Positions 20,316 through 31,490 of a stretch of 64,000 bases of DNA are shown piece after piece. The stretch is taken from positions 10,204-74,203 of the forward strand of contig CACDOD010000002.1 in assembly GCA_902554335.1 (NCBI GenBank), in the 5' to 3' direction. The notes under the pieces are model-generated. The model worked only from the letters and a program-made list of their open reading frames with translations. It did not search any database and had not been told where the DNA came from. Numbering within the stretch: the stretch's first letter is position 1; each line of letters starts with the position of its first letter. The position numbers and the translations under genes are program-made. The DNA is from an uncultured Pelagibacteraceae bacterium (GTDB lineage: Bacteria > Pseudomonadota > Alphaproteobacteria > Pelagibacterales > Pelagibacteraceae).

Positions 20316-22582
20316 TAAAATGTTGTTCCTATATTAAATCTAAATTTTTCAGTTACATCGGTAGAACTTTTTGTTATTGGAAATGAGTACGATAAACTTA
20401 ATGGGCCAATCGGTGTAAACCAGTCTAAAGCCACACCTGTAGACGATCTAATTTTACTGTTATCATCTATAGAGGAATCATAATCAACTGCCCAAACATT
20501 AGCGGCATCAAAAAACAAACTTAAATCAAGGTCCTGAACCTCAGTAAATAAACGTGGTAATGTAGATGCAAAGTTTAAAGATGTTCCATAATTACCACCT
20601 ATAAAATCACTTCCATCTTTTGGTCCAATTTTGCCTGGCTCAAAACCTCTTAACTTTCTTGAAGGTATAATTATTCTTTTTGTTATTCTGGCATCATCAT
20701 TAGATAATGAATTGGAGGCTGCAGTAAAAATACCTAGAGAATAAATGACATTATTCTCTGTTTCAAAATATTTTGTATAATTAAGTCTATTTACTAATGT
20801 GAAATCTTCTGAATAAAGAGGCAATTCTTGTGTAAATGAAACTCTATAACCATCAGTTGGATTAAAATTTTGATTTAATTTATTTAATGTTACTCTATAA
20901 TCTAAAATTAAATCTAAATAATCTCCATCTTGTTTCCTTTTAGCTGCAGATGCTTTTGAAGTAGTAGATATCTCCTCATAAAAATTTGATATTTTTGGTG
21001 AAAAAAATATGTCTTTATATTGCTCGTATGATGTACCAAACGTAAAACCTGTTTTTTCTGTTTTATAACCAAATTTACTTAAATAATCATTTTCTACCCT
21101 TTGGAAACTACGTAAGAAAGATCTATTACTATTTTTATAATTAGGCTCGTTAATAAATAATCTACCTGTTAACGACTGATCTGAAACTGAAACTTCACTA
21201 CCTAGTTCAATACCCTCACCTAAATAATTATTCTCACTGATACCAAAGCTTAATGAGGAACCACTCGTTCCTGTTCCTGCACCAGCAAAAATTTCACCTG
21301 TTGGTTTTTCTTCTATTTCAATATTAATAATTTTGGTTTTTTCTTTATCAAAGGTTTCAACATCATTTTTAACAGATTTGAATATTCCTAAAGATTTAAT
21401 TTTATTAAATGATTTGTTCACTAATATATCGTTATAAGGATCTCCCTCATCAGCAAGTAATTGATTTCTTATAACTCTTTCTGAGGTAATATAATTACCT
21501 GTAATATTTATTTTATCTATATAATATTTTTCAGTGTCAGATAATTTTATTGATAAATTTATTTGATTTCCATCAACAATTTTTTCATCGTACGTTGCAC
21601 TTACAAATTCATAATTTCCATTTAGAGCAATTAAATCTATTTCATCTAAAATATCTTCTATTCTGTTTAATGAATAAGGTTTACCTTTAAACGACTGAAG
21701 TAAATTTGATATATTCGTAAAATCATTTTGATTGTAGTCAGAAGGTAAATTGATACTTAAATCATTAAAATAAAATTTTTCACCAGCATCTATATTAAAA
21801 ACAATTTCAAAATAATTATCTTCTATTAACTTAGCATATGAACTATTAATCTTAACATTATAATATCCGTTGTTTTTATAAAAATTATTTAAAAGGTCTT
21901 GATCTAAATCAAACCTTCTTACGTCAATTGTTTTTTTAGTTGAAAGAAATTTCCAAAATTTAGCTTCTTCGGAAACAATTACTTTTCTTAATTTATTGTT
22001 TTTAAATATTTTATTTCCAATAAATTTTATATTTTTTATTAATGCTTTTTCACCAAGGGTTACATTGTAAATGATATCTACAGTATTATTATTATTATTT
22101 TTTATTTTAGTATTAATTTCAGAAAAGTAATATCCATTAACTCTTAATGAATTTAGAATTAGATCTTGATCTTTTTTTACTTTACTTTCAACAAATGATG
22201 ATTTTTCTTTTTGCAATATAATTTCTTTTATTCCCTTGATTAAGGATTTATTTTTTATACCTTCAAATATTACTGATTGGATTAAAGGATTTTCATCAAC
22301 AGTTATTAATAGAATATTATCTTCAAAGTTAATCGAGACATCTTTAAAAAAAGATGTTTCATAAAGATTTTTTATTATATTATTTAAATCCGATGACTCT
22401 ATGTTGTCATTTATGTTATAACCACTAAACAAAATTATTGTTTCATTAGTAATCCTGTCATTTCCTTGAATTTTAATCTCATTTATAGTTTCGGCATGAG
22501 ACAAATTTTGAATAAAGAAAATGATAAAAATATAAACTATATGAACTTTTTTAAAAAAATTTTTTTTTATAAATAATTTCAT
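20315..22582 (-). CDS. bamA: Outer membrane protein assembly factor BamA
   Basis: POTRA repeats (I.GN.RI, GYY, GN…T..VI), LRGF, TPIGPL, C-terminal F; ATG at 22582 (22588 is TTG). Confidence 0.95.
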   Translation of the reverse strand: MKLFIKKNFFKKVHIVYIFIIFFIQNLSHAETINEIKIQGNDRITNETIILFSGYNINDNIESSDLNNIIKNLYETSFFKDVSINFEDNILLITVDENPLIQSVIFEGIKNKSLIKGIKEIILQKEKSSFVESKVKKDQDLILNSLRVNGYYFSEINTKIKNNNNNTVDIIYNVTLGEKALIKNIKFIGNKIFKNNKLRKVIVSEEAKFWKFLSTKKTIDVRRFDLDQDLLNNFYKNNGYYNVKINSSYAKLIEDNYFEIVFNIDAGEKFYFNDLSINLPSDYNQNDFTNISNLLQSFKGKPYSLNRIEDILDEIDLIALNGNYEFVSATYDEKIVDGNQINLSIKLSDTEKYYIDKINITGNYITSERVIRNQLLADEGDPYNDILVNKSFNKIKSLGIFKSVKNDVETFDKEKTKIINIEIEEKPTGEIFAGAGTGTSGSSLSFGISENNYLGEGIELGSEVSVSDQSLTGRLFINEPNYKNSNRSFLRSFQRVENDYLSKFGYKTEKTGFTFGTSYEQYKDIFFSPKISNFYEEISTTSKASAAKRKQDGDYLDLILDYRVTLNKLNQNFNPTDGYRVSFTQELPLYSEDFTLVNRLNYTKYFETENNVIYSLGIFTAASNSLSNDDARITKRIIIPSRKLRGFEPGKIGPKDGSDFIGGNYGTSLNFASTLPRLFTEVQDLDLSLFFDAANVWAVDYDSSIDDNSKIRSSTGVALDWFTPIGPLSLSYSFPITKSSTDVTEKFRFNIGTTF

Positions 22583-23726
22583 GTACAATTTTTTTAGTTT
22601 GATGGTTAATATTTATTATATCCTTAATTGATTTAGGTCTCACATTACAATATTTTTTAAATTTTTTAAAATTAATAATTTTATTTAAATAATATAACAA
22701 ATTTTTATAATCAATTTGCTTATTTAAAAACAGCTTTACAAGCTCATCATTTACGGAGACTAAAATTGTTTCAAATAGGCTATCTTTGTCTGATATTAAT
22801 TTAAGAAGTTTTAATGTAGTAAAAAATTTCATATTTGGATTTGACAAATTTAAGTTATTAATTTTTGTTAAGTTTAAATCTTGTGTAGAATAATAATATT
22901 TTGTGTTATCTCCATAGATAGAATTATGTATAGGAATTTCCATTTTATTTTCATGAGCAAGTATTTTTATAGTTCCATTTTTAAAGATTATTATTGAATG
23001 AAAATATGAATTAGGATTTATTAAAATCTTAATTTTTTTTAAATTGATATTGAAGATTTTTTTTGCCTCAATAACTTCAAATACTTTGTTCATAAGTGTT
23101 GCAGAGTCGATTGTAATTTTTTCTCCCATTTTCCAATTGGGATGTTTTAGAGCATCACTTAAACTTACATTTTTTATTTTTTTATTTAAAAATGGACCCC
23201 CCGATGCGGTTATAATAATTTTTTTTATGTTTTTATTTTCTTGACCTTTAATAAGTTGGTATATTGAAAAATGTTCTGAATCTATTGGTATAAATTGAGT
23301 TTTATATTTATTTAATTTATTTTTTATTAAATTCCATCCACATATAATTGATTCTTTGTTAGCTATTGCTACTCTTTTACTATATTTAATAGAATCAAGC
23401 GTAGGTTCTAATCCTTCTAAACCTGAGATTGCACACATTGTATAATCTATTTTTTTTTTAAAAATTTTTTTAATTTCTTTAAAACTATTATAAATTTTGA
23501 TTTTACTTTTTTTATATTTTTTTTTTGCAATTAAATAATTTTTGTTGTCTGAAATTAGAATATTTTTTACATTTAATTTTTTTGCTTGATTAATTATTAA
23601 TTTGTAATTTGTATTTGTGGTTAACAATTTAATTTCAAATGTTTTTTTATTCTTTAATATAATTTTATAAGTAGTTTTTCCAATTGATCCTGTTGATCCA
23701 AGTATTGCTATTTGTTTTTTGGACAT
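22551..23726 (-). CDS. dxr: 1-deoxy-D-xylulose-5-phosphate reductoisomerase
   Basis: LGSTGSIG, ANKESI, PIDSEH, TASGGPF, HPNWKMG.KITIDSATLMNK. Confidence 0.96.
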   Translation of the reverse strand: MSKKQIAILGSTGSIGKTTYKIILKNKKTFEIKLLTTNTNYKLIINQAKKLNVKNILISDNKNYLIAKKKYKKSKIKIYNSFKEIKKIFKKKIDYTMCAISGLEGLEPTLDSIKYSKRVAIANKESIICGWNLIKNKLNKYKTQFIPIDSEHFSIYQLIKGQENKNIKKIIITASGGPFLNKKIKNVSLSDALKHPNWKMGEKITIDSATLMNKVFEVIEAKKIFNINLKKIKILINPNSYFHSIIIFKNGTIKILAHENKMEIPIHNSIYGDNTKYYYSTQDLNLTKINNLNLSNPNMKFFTTLKLLKLISDKDSLFETILVSVNDELVKLFLNKQIDYKNLLYYLNKIINFKKFKKYCNVRPKSIKDIININHQTKKIVHEIIYKKKFF

Positions 23727-24392
23727 TTAAAATATTTTATTTATTAAATAAGCTACTGGCAAAACAAAGATAACACCGTCTATTCTATCAAGTAAACCTC
23801 CATGACCAGGAAGAATTGAACCTGTATCATTTACCTTTGCTTTTCTTTTAAAATACGAAATAAATAAGTCCCCAAGTTGGCAAATTAAACAAAGAAATAA
23901 ACAAATATGAATAAGTTTCCAATCTATTTTAGGATATAAATTAGAAATATTAGTAAAATTATCTAGTGACCAGTAAATTACTACAGGAAAAAGCGAAAAT
24001 ATAAATGAGCCTATGCTCCCTGATATAGTTTTGTTAGGACTTATTTTGGTTAATTTTTTTCCACCAATTAAATTTCCAACTATATATCCACCCGTATCAG
24101 AAAATATACAAATTAATATTATAAATAATAATCCAGTAGGAGGACTGTAGTACAAATCATAAGAAACATAAATGAGTATTGCTAGAAACAACAAGGAGAA
24201 TAAGTTTAAGGTAATGAGTATATTTTTTTTCTTTTTCCAAATTTTTTTTGATAAATTATTAAATTCAATAAATAAAATAATAGAAACAATTATGAGAAAA
24301 ATTAACCAAATATATTTATTGTAAAACAAACTTATTGATATAATGAACAACAATATTAATGAGGTAATAATTCTTTGAAATAAATTATTCAT
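23727..24392 (-). CDS. cdsA: Phosphatidate cytidylyltransferase
   Basis: ISPNKT, GDL..S.FKR, D.G.ILPGHGGLLDRID. Confidence 0.95.
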   Translation of the reverse strand: MNNLFQRIITSLILLFIISISLFYNKYIWLIFLIIVSIILFIEFNNLSKKIWKKKKNILITLNLFSLLFLAILIYVSYDLYYSPPTGLLFIILICIFSDTGGYIVGNLIGGKKLTKISPNKTISGSIGSFIFSLFPVVIYWSLDNFTNISNLYPKIDWKLIHICLFLCLICQLGDLFISYFKRKAKVNDTGSILPGHGGLLDRIDGVIFVLPVAYLINKIF

Positions 24393-25069
24393 TATATTTT
24401 TCCATAGTTTCTTTTAATTTTTTTAAACTTTTCTAATATTTTATTAAAATCGCTTTTGTTAAAGTCAGGCCAAAGCTTTTTGACGAAAAAAATTTCTGAG
24501 TAAGATAATTGCCATAATAAAAAATTACTTAATCTGTTAGTATTGCCTGTTCTAATTAATATGTCTGGATCTGGCATATTTGAGGTATATAAGTTTTTCT
24601 CAATATTTTTTATATTAATTGTCATCTTTTTTTTAGTTAATAATTTAAATGATCGTATTATTTCATCTTTTGACCCATAATTTAATGCTAAATTAATTTG
24701 AAGTTTTTTATTTTTTAATGTCAACTTCATGGCATTATTTAGTGAGTTCTTAAGTTTTATAGGGAATTTGTTGATATTACCTAAGATCTTAAGCTTAATT
24801 TTATTTTTTAATAAAATATCTAGGTTTTTATTTAGGTACTCTTGCAATAGATCAAATAAAAAATTTATTTCATATTTAGGTCTTTTCCAATTTTCTGTTG
24901 AAAAAGTATATAATGTTAAATATTTTAAATTTTTTTTTATTGAAGCTTCAATTATTTTTTCAACAGTTTTTATTCCTTTTTGATGGCCGTACTTACGTGA
25001 ATTAAACTTTTTTGATCCCCATCTTCCGTTGCCATCCATAATTATGGCAACATGGTTTATATTGCTCAT
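24392..25069 (-). CDS. uppS: Undecaprenyl diphosphate synthase
   Basis: HVAIIMDGNGRW, FSTENWKRP, RLSNFLLWQ. Confidence 0.96.
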   Translation of the reverse strand: MSNINHVAIIMDGNGRWGSKKFNSRKYGHQKGIKTVEKIIEASIKKNLKYLTLYTFSTENWKRPKYEINFLFDLLQEYLNKNLDILLKNKIKLKILGNINKFPIKLKNSLNNAMKLTLKNKKLQINLALNYGSKDEIIRSFKLLTKKKMTINIKNIEKNLYTSNMPDPDILIRTGNTNRLSNFLLWQLSYSEIFFVKKLWPDFNKSDFNKILEKFKKIKRNYGKI

Positions 25070-25620
25070 ATTGTCATTATTTCTTTTTCTTTTGAAATAA
25101 CTTTCTCTTCGATTAATTTGATGTTTGTGTCAGTAATATTTTGAATATTTTTTTCTGCTTTTTTTTCATCATCCTCTGAAATTTCTTTCAACTTAAGAAG
25201 TTTTTTAAGCTCGTCATTTGCTTCTCTTCTAATATTTCTTATTGATATTTTGCATTTTTCTCCTGTAGACTTAATTATTTTCTTTAGTTCTACTCTTCTT
25301 TCTTCATTTAAATCAGGTATTGGTAATCTCATTAATTGTCCATCAATTTGAGGGTTTAATCCCAGTTCTGATTTTTTTATTGTTGAGTCAATTAGTGCTA
25401 CATTATTTATATCCCACACCTGTATGTTTATTGTTCTTGGTTCAGGTACTGTAATAGTAGCTAATTGATTAATTGGCATTTTTTGTCCGTATACATCGAT
25501 CTTTATTAGGTCAAGCATACTTGCATTTGCTCTTCCTGTTCTTAAAGAAGATAGTTCTTTAGAAAATAATTCTATAGTCTTAGTCATTTTTTCTTTGTAA
25601 ATATTTTCTTTAAACATCAT
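25066..25620 (-). CDS. frr: Ribosome recycling factor
   Basis: LRTGRAN, LGLNP, EERR, IRNIRR. Confidence 0.96.
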   Translation of the reverse strand: MMFKENIYKEKMTKTIELFSKELSSLRTGRANASMLDLIKIDVYGQKMPINQLATITVPEPRTINIQVWDINNVALIDSTIKKSELGLNPQIDGQLMRLPIPDLNEERRVELKKIIKSTGEKCKISIRNIRREANDELKKLLKLKEISEDDEKKAEKNIQNITDTNIKLIEEKVISKEKEIMTI

Positions 25621-26468
25621 TCACCTATTTTAAATCTAATAAATTCTTTTATTTTCAGATTAGGTATATTTATTTCAGATATTATATCTTTAACTTTTTT
25701 CTTTGGTTCCATAACCCAATCTTGTGTAAGTAAACTGTTCTCCTCTTTAAATTTATTGATTTTACCTAAACTAATTTTCTTTGCAATCTCATCAGGTTTG
25801 CCTGAGTTTTTTAACTCCTCAGCAATTAATTCTTGTTCTTTAGATATAATTTCATTGTCAATTTCATTTGATACTAATGCTAATGGATTTGAGGCAGCTA
25901 TATGCATTGAAAGTTGTTTACCAAAAGATTTAATGTCACTTTTGGGTTCTGATGTTTCTAAGGAAACAACGACACCTAACTTTGAGACATTATCTTTAAT
26001 AACAGAATGTTGATATATAAAATTTTCTGAATTTAGATTTTCCAAAGTTTTTAACTTTCCAATAGAAATTTTTTCACCAATTTTAGCAATTAGTGAAACG
26101 AAGTTATCCTCTACAGTTTTACCATTTGCCATTATTGATTTATTTAATTTATTTAGATCAGAAGAGCATTGATTGTTAATTTCTCCCAATTCTTTTACAA
26201 AATTTATAAAATCGTCATTTTTTGCAACAAAATCTGTTTCACAATTAACTTCCATTAATGATGTTTTGGTAGCGTTGCCACTAATGACAATTACTCCTTC
26301 TTTTGCGTCTCTTGACATTTTTTTTGATGCTTTTGCAATACCTTTTACTCTTAATATTTCTGCTGCTTTTTCTAAATCACCTTTAGACTCTTTTAATGCT
26401 GAGCTACAATCTTTAAAACCCGCTCCAGTGGAATGTCTCAGTTTTTTTATTTTTTCAATGTCACTCAT
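25617..26468 (-). CDS. tsf: Elongation factor Ts
   Basis: [29 protein letters not shown]. Confidence 0.97.
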   Translation of the reverse strand: MSDIEKIKKLRHSTGAGFKDCSSALKESKGDLEKAAEILRVKGIAKASKKMSRDAKEGVIVISGNATKTSLMEVNCETDFVAKNDDFINFVKELGEINNQCSSDLNKLNKSIMANGKTVEDNFVSLIAKIGEKISIGKLKTLENLNSENFIYQHSVIKDNVSKLGVVVSLETSEPKSDIKSFGKQLSMHIAASNPLALVSNEIDNEIISKEQELIAEELKNSGKPDEIAKKISLGKINKFKEENSLLTQDWVMEPKKKVKDIISEINIPNLKIKEFIRFKIGE

Positions 26469-26490
26469 TAGTTAATGGTTTAATGAATTT

Positions 26491-27279
26491 TTAATTTAGC
26501 TTGTTATCTTTTGTTTCTTCTGATGGGCTTATTAGTTCATTTTTTTTCTTATTTTCTGAAGTTTTGTCTGTTTTAATTTGCACATCACTACCTATTTCAT
26601 TTTTTGCATTTTGAATGGTTTCTTTTACCAAATTACAATATAGCTCTATAGATCTTCTCGCGTCATCATTTCCTGGAATTGGATAATCTATATTTTCTGG
26701 ATCTGAATTTGTATCAAGAATTGCTATAATTGGTATGTTTAGCTTAATTGCCTCTTTAATGGCTAAAGATTCATAATTTGTATCAATAACAAAAATTAAA
26801 TCTGGAGTTTTTTTCATATCTTTTATTCCACCTAAAGACTTTTGCAATTTATCTCTTTGGGTTCCCATTTTTAAAAGTTCTTTTTTTGTAAATCCTCTGT
26901 TTTCTGAAGTAAGATTTTTGTTCAAATCTTCCATTTTTTTTATTGAGTTGGATATTGTACCCCAATTAGTTAACATTCCACCTAACCATCTATGATTTAC
27001 ATAATATTGCTCGGTGTCTTTTGCTAATCCTGCTATACTTTCTGAGGCTTGTTTTTTTGTAGATACAAATAAAATTTTACCTCTGTTGGAAATTGTTTCG
27101 TGGACTTTTTCTAGGGCTTTTTTAATTAATTCTACTGTTTGTGTTAAATCTATAATATGAATTGTATCTCTTCGTCCAAAAATATATTTTTTCATTTTTG
27201 GATTCCATCTTAGTGTTTTGTGACCTAGATGAACTCCAGCTTCTAACAATTGTTCAATTGTAATATTAGGTATAATCAT
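26491..27279 (-). CDS. rpsB: 30S ribosomal protein S2
   Basis: [32 protein letters not shown]. Confidence 0.98.
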   Translation of the reverse strand: MIIPNITIEQLLEAGVHLGHKTLRWNPKMKKYIFGRRDTIHIIDLTQTVELIKKALEKVHETISNRGKILFVSTKKQASESIAGLAKDTEQYYVNHRWLGGMLTNWGTISNSIKKMEDLNKNLTSENRGFTKKELLKMGTQRDKLQKSLGGIKDMKKTPDLIFVIDTNYESLAIKEAIKLNIPIIAILDTNSDPENIDYPIPGNDDARRSIELYCNLVKETIQNAKNEIGSDVQIKTDKTSENKKKNELISPSEETKDNKLN

Positions 27280-27352
27280 GTTCCTTTCCGGTTATGCCTC
27301 CACAGTAATCGCCCTAAGGGACCGGAGGTATTTAAACCAAATACTGTGTGCG
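27280..27352 (-). ncRNA. rpsB (S2/t44-type) autoregulatory leader RNA
   Basis: Minus strand CGCACACAGTA…CCGGTCCCTTAGGGCGATTACTGTGGAGGCATAACCGGAAAGGAAC-ATG: CACAGTA/TACTGTG stem, inner CCC-TTA-GGG hairpin, GTGGAGGCATAACC as in the E. coli rpsB leader, CCGGT/ACCGG pseudoknot pair. GC-rich island in AT-rich DNA. Confidence 0.85.
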
Positions 27353-27403
27353 TTTTAAATTGGTGATTTTTTACAATTATTTTAATTTAATACAAGTTTT
27401 TTT

Positions 27404-30400
27404 TTATTTTATTTTTAGCGTAACACCTGCATTTTTAAGCTCTGAAATAATCTTTTGGTCAATTTTTCTTTTTTCTATCAATTTATACTTAAGGGCCTTA
27501 TTATTATCGTTTATCTTAAGTGTTACGAGTGTTTCCCCTGGAATTGAAATGATTTGTCTAATTTGATCTAAATTTTTAATATTTAAAGTATTTATCTCAA
27601 TAGATTTTATTGTGGATTTGAGCAAATCTTCTATTATTGCAATTGTTCTGACATTTATTCTTGTAGAAGAGCCATCATGAGAAATATTTTTTGCAAGATT
27701 CATAATAATTGAATTTCCTTCAAGTAAAATATTTCTTTTTTTTTCAAATAAATCAGAAAATATAAATAATTCAAATACTCCACCCAAATCTGTAAATTTA
27801 ACTATAGCGTAAGAAAGTCCTTTTTGATTTTTTTTTTCTTGAATTTTTAAGATTGTTGCGGCAATTATCGACTCTTTTAAAGAGTCATTTAGATTATAAT
27901 CATTAAAATTAATTACATTATATTGTTGAAAGAAATCTTTAAATTGATTCAAGGGATGATCAGAAATAAAAAAACCTAGTGTTTCGAATTCTTTAGATAA
28001 TTTTTCTTCAAATTGGAAATCTTCCGATTTAATTAAAATATCATTTTCATTTTGATCTTTACTTTCATTAAATAAGTTTATTTGATTAGCTTCTCTATTT
28101 TCAAACAGGTTTTTTGATTTTAAAATTAAATTTGGGATAGTTTTAAGTATAGATTTTCTGTTATCATTTAAATTATCAAAAGCCCCGGCTTTAACGAGTC
28201 CCTCCAATTGAAGTTTATTTATATCTTTTGGGTCATTTCTATTTATAAAATCGAATATAGATTTAAATTTTCCATTTTTTAATCTTTCATTTACAATGTT
28301 AGATATTGCTTCAAAACCGACATTTTTTATCGCACCCAGTGCATAATAAAAATTACTATCGTCAGCACTAAATTCTGCAAAGCATTTGTTTATATCTGGT
28401 CTTACTATATTTATTTTCATTCTTTTTAGCTCTTCGTAAAATTCACTGAGTTTTTTTTGGTTTGAAAGCTCCATTGACATAGAGGCTGAAAAAAACTCAT
28501 TTGGAAAATAAGTTTTTAAATATGCGGTCTGGTAAGCGATAACTGCATATGCAGCGGCATGACTTTTATTAAAACCATACTCTGCAAATGGCTCAATTTT
28601 TAAAAATATTCCAGCTGCAACATCTTTTGCAATACCATTCTTTTCTGCTCCATTTATAAAACGCTGCTTTTGTTTTTCAAGTTCTGCTCTTTTTTTCTTA
28701 CCCATTGCTCTTCTAAGTATGTCGGCCTCACCTGCTGTAAAACCTGATAATACTTGAGCAATTTGCATAACTTGTTCCTGATAAATTATCACTCCATATG
28801 TTGGTTCAAGAATATCTTTTAATTTTGGATGAAGATAATCAGGATCTTTTCTTCCATGTTTACAATCATTATATATAGGAATATTACTCATTGGTCCTGG
28901 TCTGTATAAAGCTACTAAAGCAATAATATCCTCCAATCTATTTGGTTTCATATTAATTAAGGCATCTTTCATACCTGAACTTTCAAGCTGAAATAACCCT
29001 ATGGTCTTGCCTTCTGACAAAAGATTAAAAACTTTTTGATCTTCAAAATTTATGTTTTCAATATTGAAATTTTTATTTTTTTTTTGTTTTATTAATTTTT
29101 CAGTTTTGTTAATTACAGTTAATGTTTTTAAACCTAGAAAATCGAATTTAACCAAACCTGCATTTTCTGCTGAATACATATCAAATTGTGTTGAAGGTAA
29201 TAAAAGGTCTGATGATTGGTCTTTGTACAATGGCACCATAGTATCTAATTTTTTATCGGCAATCACAACTCCAGCGGCGTGAGTTGCAAAATTTCTATTT
29301 AAACCCTCTAACTTTAAAGATAGTTCTATAAGTTTCTTAACTCTATTATCTTCTAATATTAATTTTTGTAAGCGTGGTTCAGAATTAATACACTCTTGTA
29401 ATTTCATAGGTCGTGATGGATCAAAGGGTATCATTTTACAAATTGAATCAACAAAACCATAGGGTAAACCAATGACTCTTCCCACATCTCTTATAACCAT
29501 TCTAGCCTTTAATTTTCCAAAGGTAATTATATGAGCAACACTATCTTTGTATTTTGTATTCAAATAATTAAATACTAAATCTCTTTTTTCTTCACAAAAA
29601 TCTATATCAAAATCAGGCATAGAAATTCTATCGGGATTTAAAAACCTTTCAAAAATAAGATTAAATTTAATTGGATCAATATCGGTTATTGATAAACACC
29701 ATGCAACAAGTGAGCCTGCTCCTGAACCTCTGCCAGGACCAACCGGGATATCATTTTTTTTGGACCATTTAATATAATCAGAAACAATCAAGAAATAACT
29801 TGAGTATTTCATATGATTGATTATTTCAATTTCGTGATATAAACGATTTTTGTATTTATCTAATGTTTCATCTCTATTTTCATTTTCTTTAATAAATATT
29901 AGTTTTTTTGAAATTTTTTCTTCAAGGCCTTTAAAAGCTTGAATTTCTAAAATTTTTTCAGAACTTATATTTTGGTCAGATGTAATTTCCGGCAATAAGG
30001 GTTTTGAATTATTTGCTTTAAAAGAACATTTAAAAGGTAAATAATAATTGTTTAATAAAGCTTCAGGTAAATCTGAAAATAGATCAAACATTTCTTTATC
30101 ACTTTTTAAATTATGATTTTTAGATAACCTAATTCTATCTTTATCATTTATGTATGATTTATTTTTAATACACAAAAGTGCATCATGCGCCTCATGCATA
30201 TTTTGATCTAAATAATAAACTTCATGAGTTGCTATTATAGGTATTTGAAAATAGGATGATAAATTTAAATTATGTTGTTCAAAAACTTTCTCGTTTAGGT
30301 CGTCATGTCTTTGAATTTCTAAATAGAAATTATCTTTAAATGAGTTTTTTAGTAATTTATAAAGATTACTTAATTCATTCAATTTATTTTTAACAAATAA

Positions 30401-30820
30401 CTTTCCTGACAGAGAATTTATTGAGCCTGAAAGAACAATTAGTCCTTTAATGTTTTCTATCAAATCTTGAATTTTACAATAAGGTAGGGCATTATCTGTA
30501 TTTTTAAGATATGACTCCGATGATAATTTTAAAATTGTTTTGTATCCTTCATAATTTTTAGCAATTACTGGAATTATTCCAATTTCATTTTCATACTTAA
30601 AGTTTATCTGCGTACCAATTATTGGCTGCGTTCCTACTTTTGAAATTAAGTCTGAAAATTCTAAAGCTCCACATAAATTATTTGTATCTGATAAACCTAT
30701 AGATCTAATTTTTTTATCCTTACAATAATTTTTGAGATCATCTATTTTAATCGCTCCCTCACATATTGAATATTGTGTATGAATTTTTAGATGGTTAAAA
30801 TTTTGATTATTTTCTTGCAT
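27404..30820 (-). CDS. dnaE: DNA polymerase III alpha subunit
   Basis: PHP domain (HLKIHTQYS), GPGRGSGAGS, PDFDIDF, KFDFLGL, YGFNKSHA; no intein evident. Confidence 0.98.
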   Translation of the reverse strand: MQENNQNFNHLKIHTQYSICEGAIKIDDLKNYCKDKKIRSIGLSDTNNLCGALEFSDLISKVGTQPIIGTQINFKYENEIGIIPVIAKNYEGYKTILKLSSESYLKNTDNALPYCKIQDLIENIKGLIVLSGSINSLSGKLFVKNKLNELSNLYKLLKNSFKDNFYLEIQRHDDLNEKVFEQHNLNLSSYFQIPIIATHEVYYLDQNMHEAHDALLCIKNKSYINDKDRIRLSKNHNLKSDKEMFDLFSDLPEALLNNYYLPFKCSFKANNSKPLLPEITSDQNISSEKILEIQAFKGLEEKISKKLIFIKENENRDETLDKYKNRLYHEIEIINHMKYSSYFLIVSDYIKWSKKNDIPVGPGRGSGAGSLVAWCLSITDIDPIKFNLIFERFLNPDRISMPDFDIDFCEEKRDLVFNYLNTKYKDSVAHIITFGKLKARMVIRDVGRVIGLPYGFVDSICKMIPFDPSRPMKLQECINSEPRLQKLILEDNRVKKLIELSLKLEGLNRNFATHAAGVVIADKKLDTMVPLYKDQSSDLLLPSTQFDMYSAENAGLVKFDFLGLKTLTVINKTEKLIKQKKNKNFNIENINFEDQKVFNLLSEGKTIGLFQLESSGMKDALINMKPNRLEDIIALVALYRPGPMSNIPIYNDCKHGRKDPDYLHPKLKDILEPTYGVIIYQEQVMQIAQVLSGFTAGEADILRRAMGKKKRAELEKQKQRFINGAEKNGIAKDVAAGIFLKIEPFAEYGFNKSHAAAYAVIAYQTAYLKTYFPNEFFSASMSMELSNQKKLSEFYEELKRMKINIVRPDINKCFAEFSADDSNFYYALGAIKNVGFEAISNIVNERLKNGKFKSIFDFINRNDPKDINKLQLEGLVKAGAFDNLNDNRKSILKTIPNLILKSKNLFENREANQINLFNESKDQNENDILIKSEDFQFEEKLSKEFETLGFFISDHPLNQFKDFFQQYNVINFNDYNLNDSLKESIIAATILKIQEKKNQKGLSYAIVKFTDLGGVFELFIFSDLFEKKRNILLEGNSIIMNLAKNISHDGSSTRINVRTIAIIEDLLKSTIKSIEINTLNIKNLDQIRQIISIPGETLVTLKINDNNKALKYKLIEKRKIDQKIISELKNAGVTLKIK

Positions 30821-31490
30821 TAATAGATTTTAATTTACCATTAATTAGCTCCAATCTACAATCAGCTAAATTTGCAAAATATCTATTATGAGTTGCATAA
30901 ATAATCATTCTATTTTTAGATTTTAAATTAAATAATATTTTAAAAAATTCTTTTGCGTGTTTATTATCCAAATTGCCTGAAGGTTCATCGGCAATAATGA
31001 CTTTAGGTGAATTTATAAGAGCTCTAGCAATTGCGATTCGTTGATTTTCGCCACCAGATAATTCGGATGGGAAATGATTATTTCTTTTATTTAGTTTTAA
31101 TTTATTTAATATTTTTTCTCCTAATTTTAAACTTTCATTATACGATTTTCCGTTAGCAACACCTGCTAATGTAATGTTCTCAATTGCGGTAAAATCGTTT
31201 AATAAATTTTTTTCCTGATAAATAATTCCAAAATTACTTGATCTTAAAAAGTCGTTTTCGTTGTGATTTTCAAAATTTATTTTTTTATTATTTATAATTA
31301 AATTGCCTGAACTAGGGCGATCAATTAGAGATAATATATTTAGTAATGATGATTTACCAGAGCCTGAAGGACCTACCAATGAATATACTTTTCCATTTTT
31401 AAACTTATAGTTAATATTTTTTAATACATTTATTTTTTTTTGATTATGATAATTTTTACTTATGTTTTTAATTTCTATAAAATTATTCAT
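30807..31490 (-). CDS. lolD: Lipoprotein-releasing ABC ATPase
   Basis: GPSGSGKS, LSGGENQR, ADEPSGNLD; follows lolC/E. Confidence 0.88.
   Translation of the reverse strand: MNNFIEIKNISKNYHNQKKINVLKNINYKFKNGKVYSLVGPSGSGKSSLLNILSLIDRPSSGNLIINNKKINFENHNENDFLRSSNFGIIYQEKNLLNDFTAIENITLAGVANGKSYNESLKLGEKILNKLKLNKRNNHFPSELSGGENQRIAIARALINSPKVIIADEPSGNLDNKHAKEFFKILFNLKSKNRMIIYATHNRYFANLADCRLELINGKLKSINARK

Noticed and set aside
27404-30820. Intein or split in dnaE
   Set aside because: The 1138-aa length and continuous motifs are normal; no intein signature seen.
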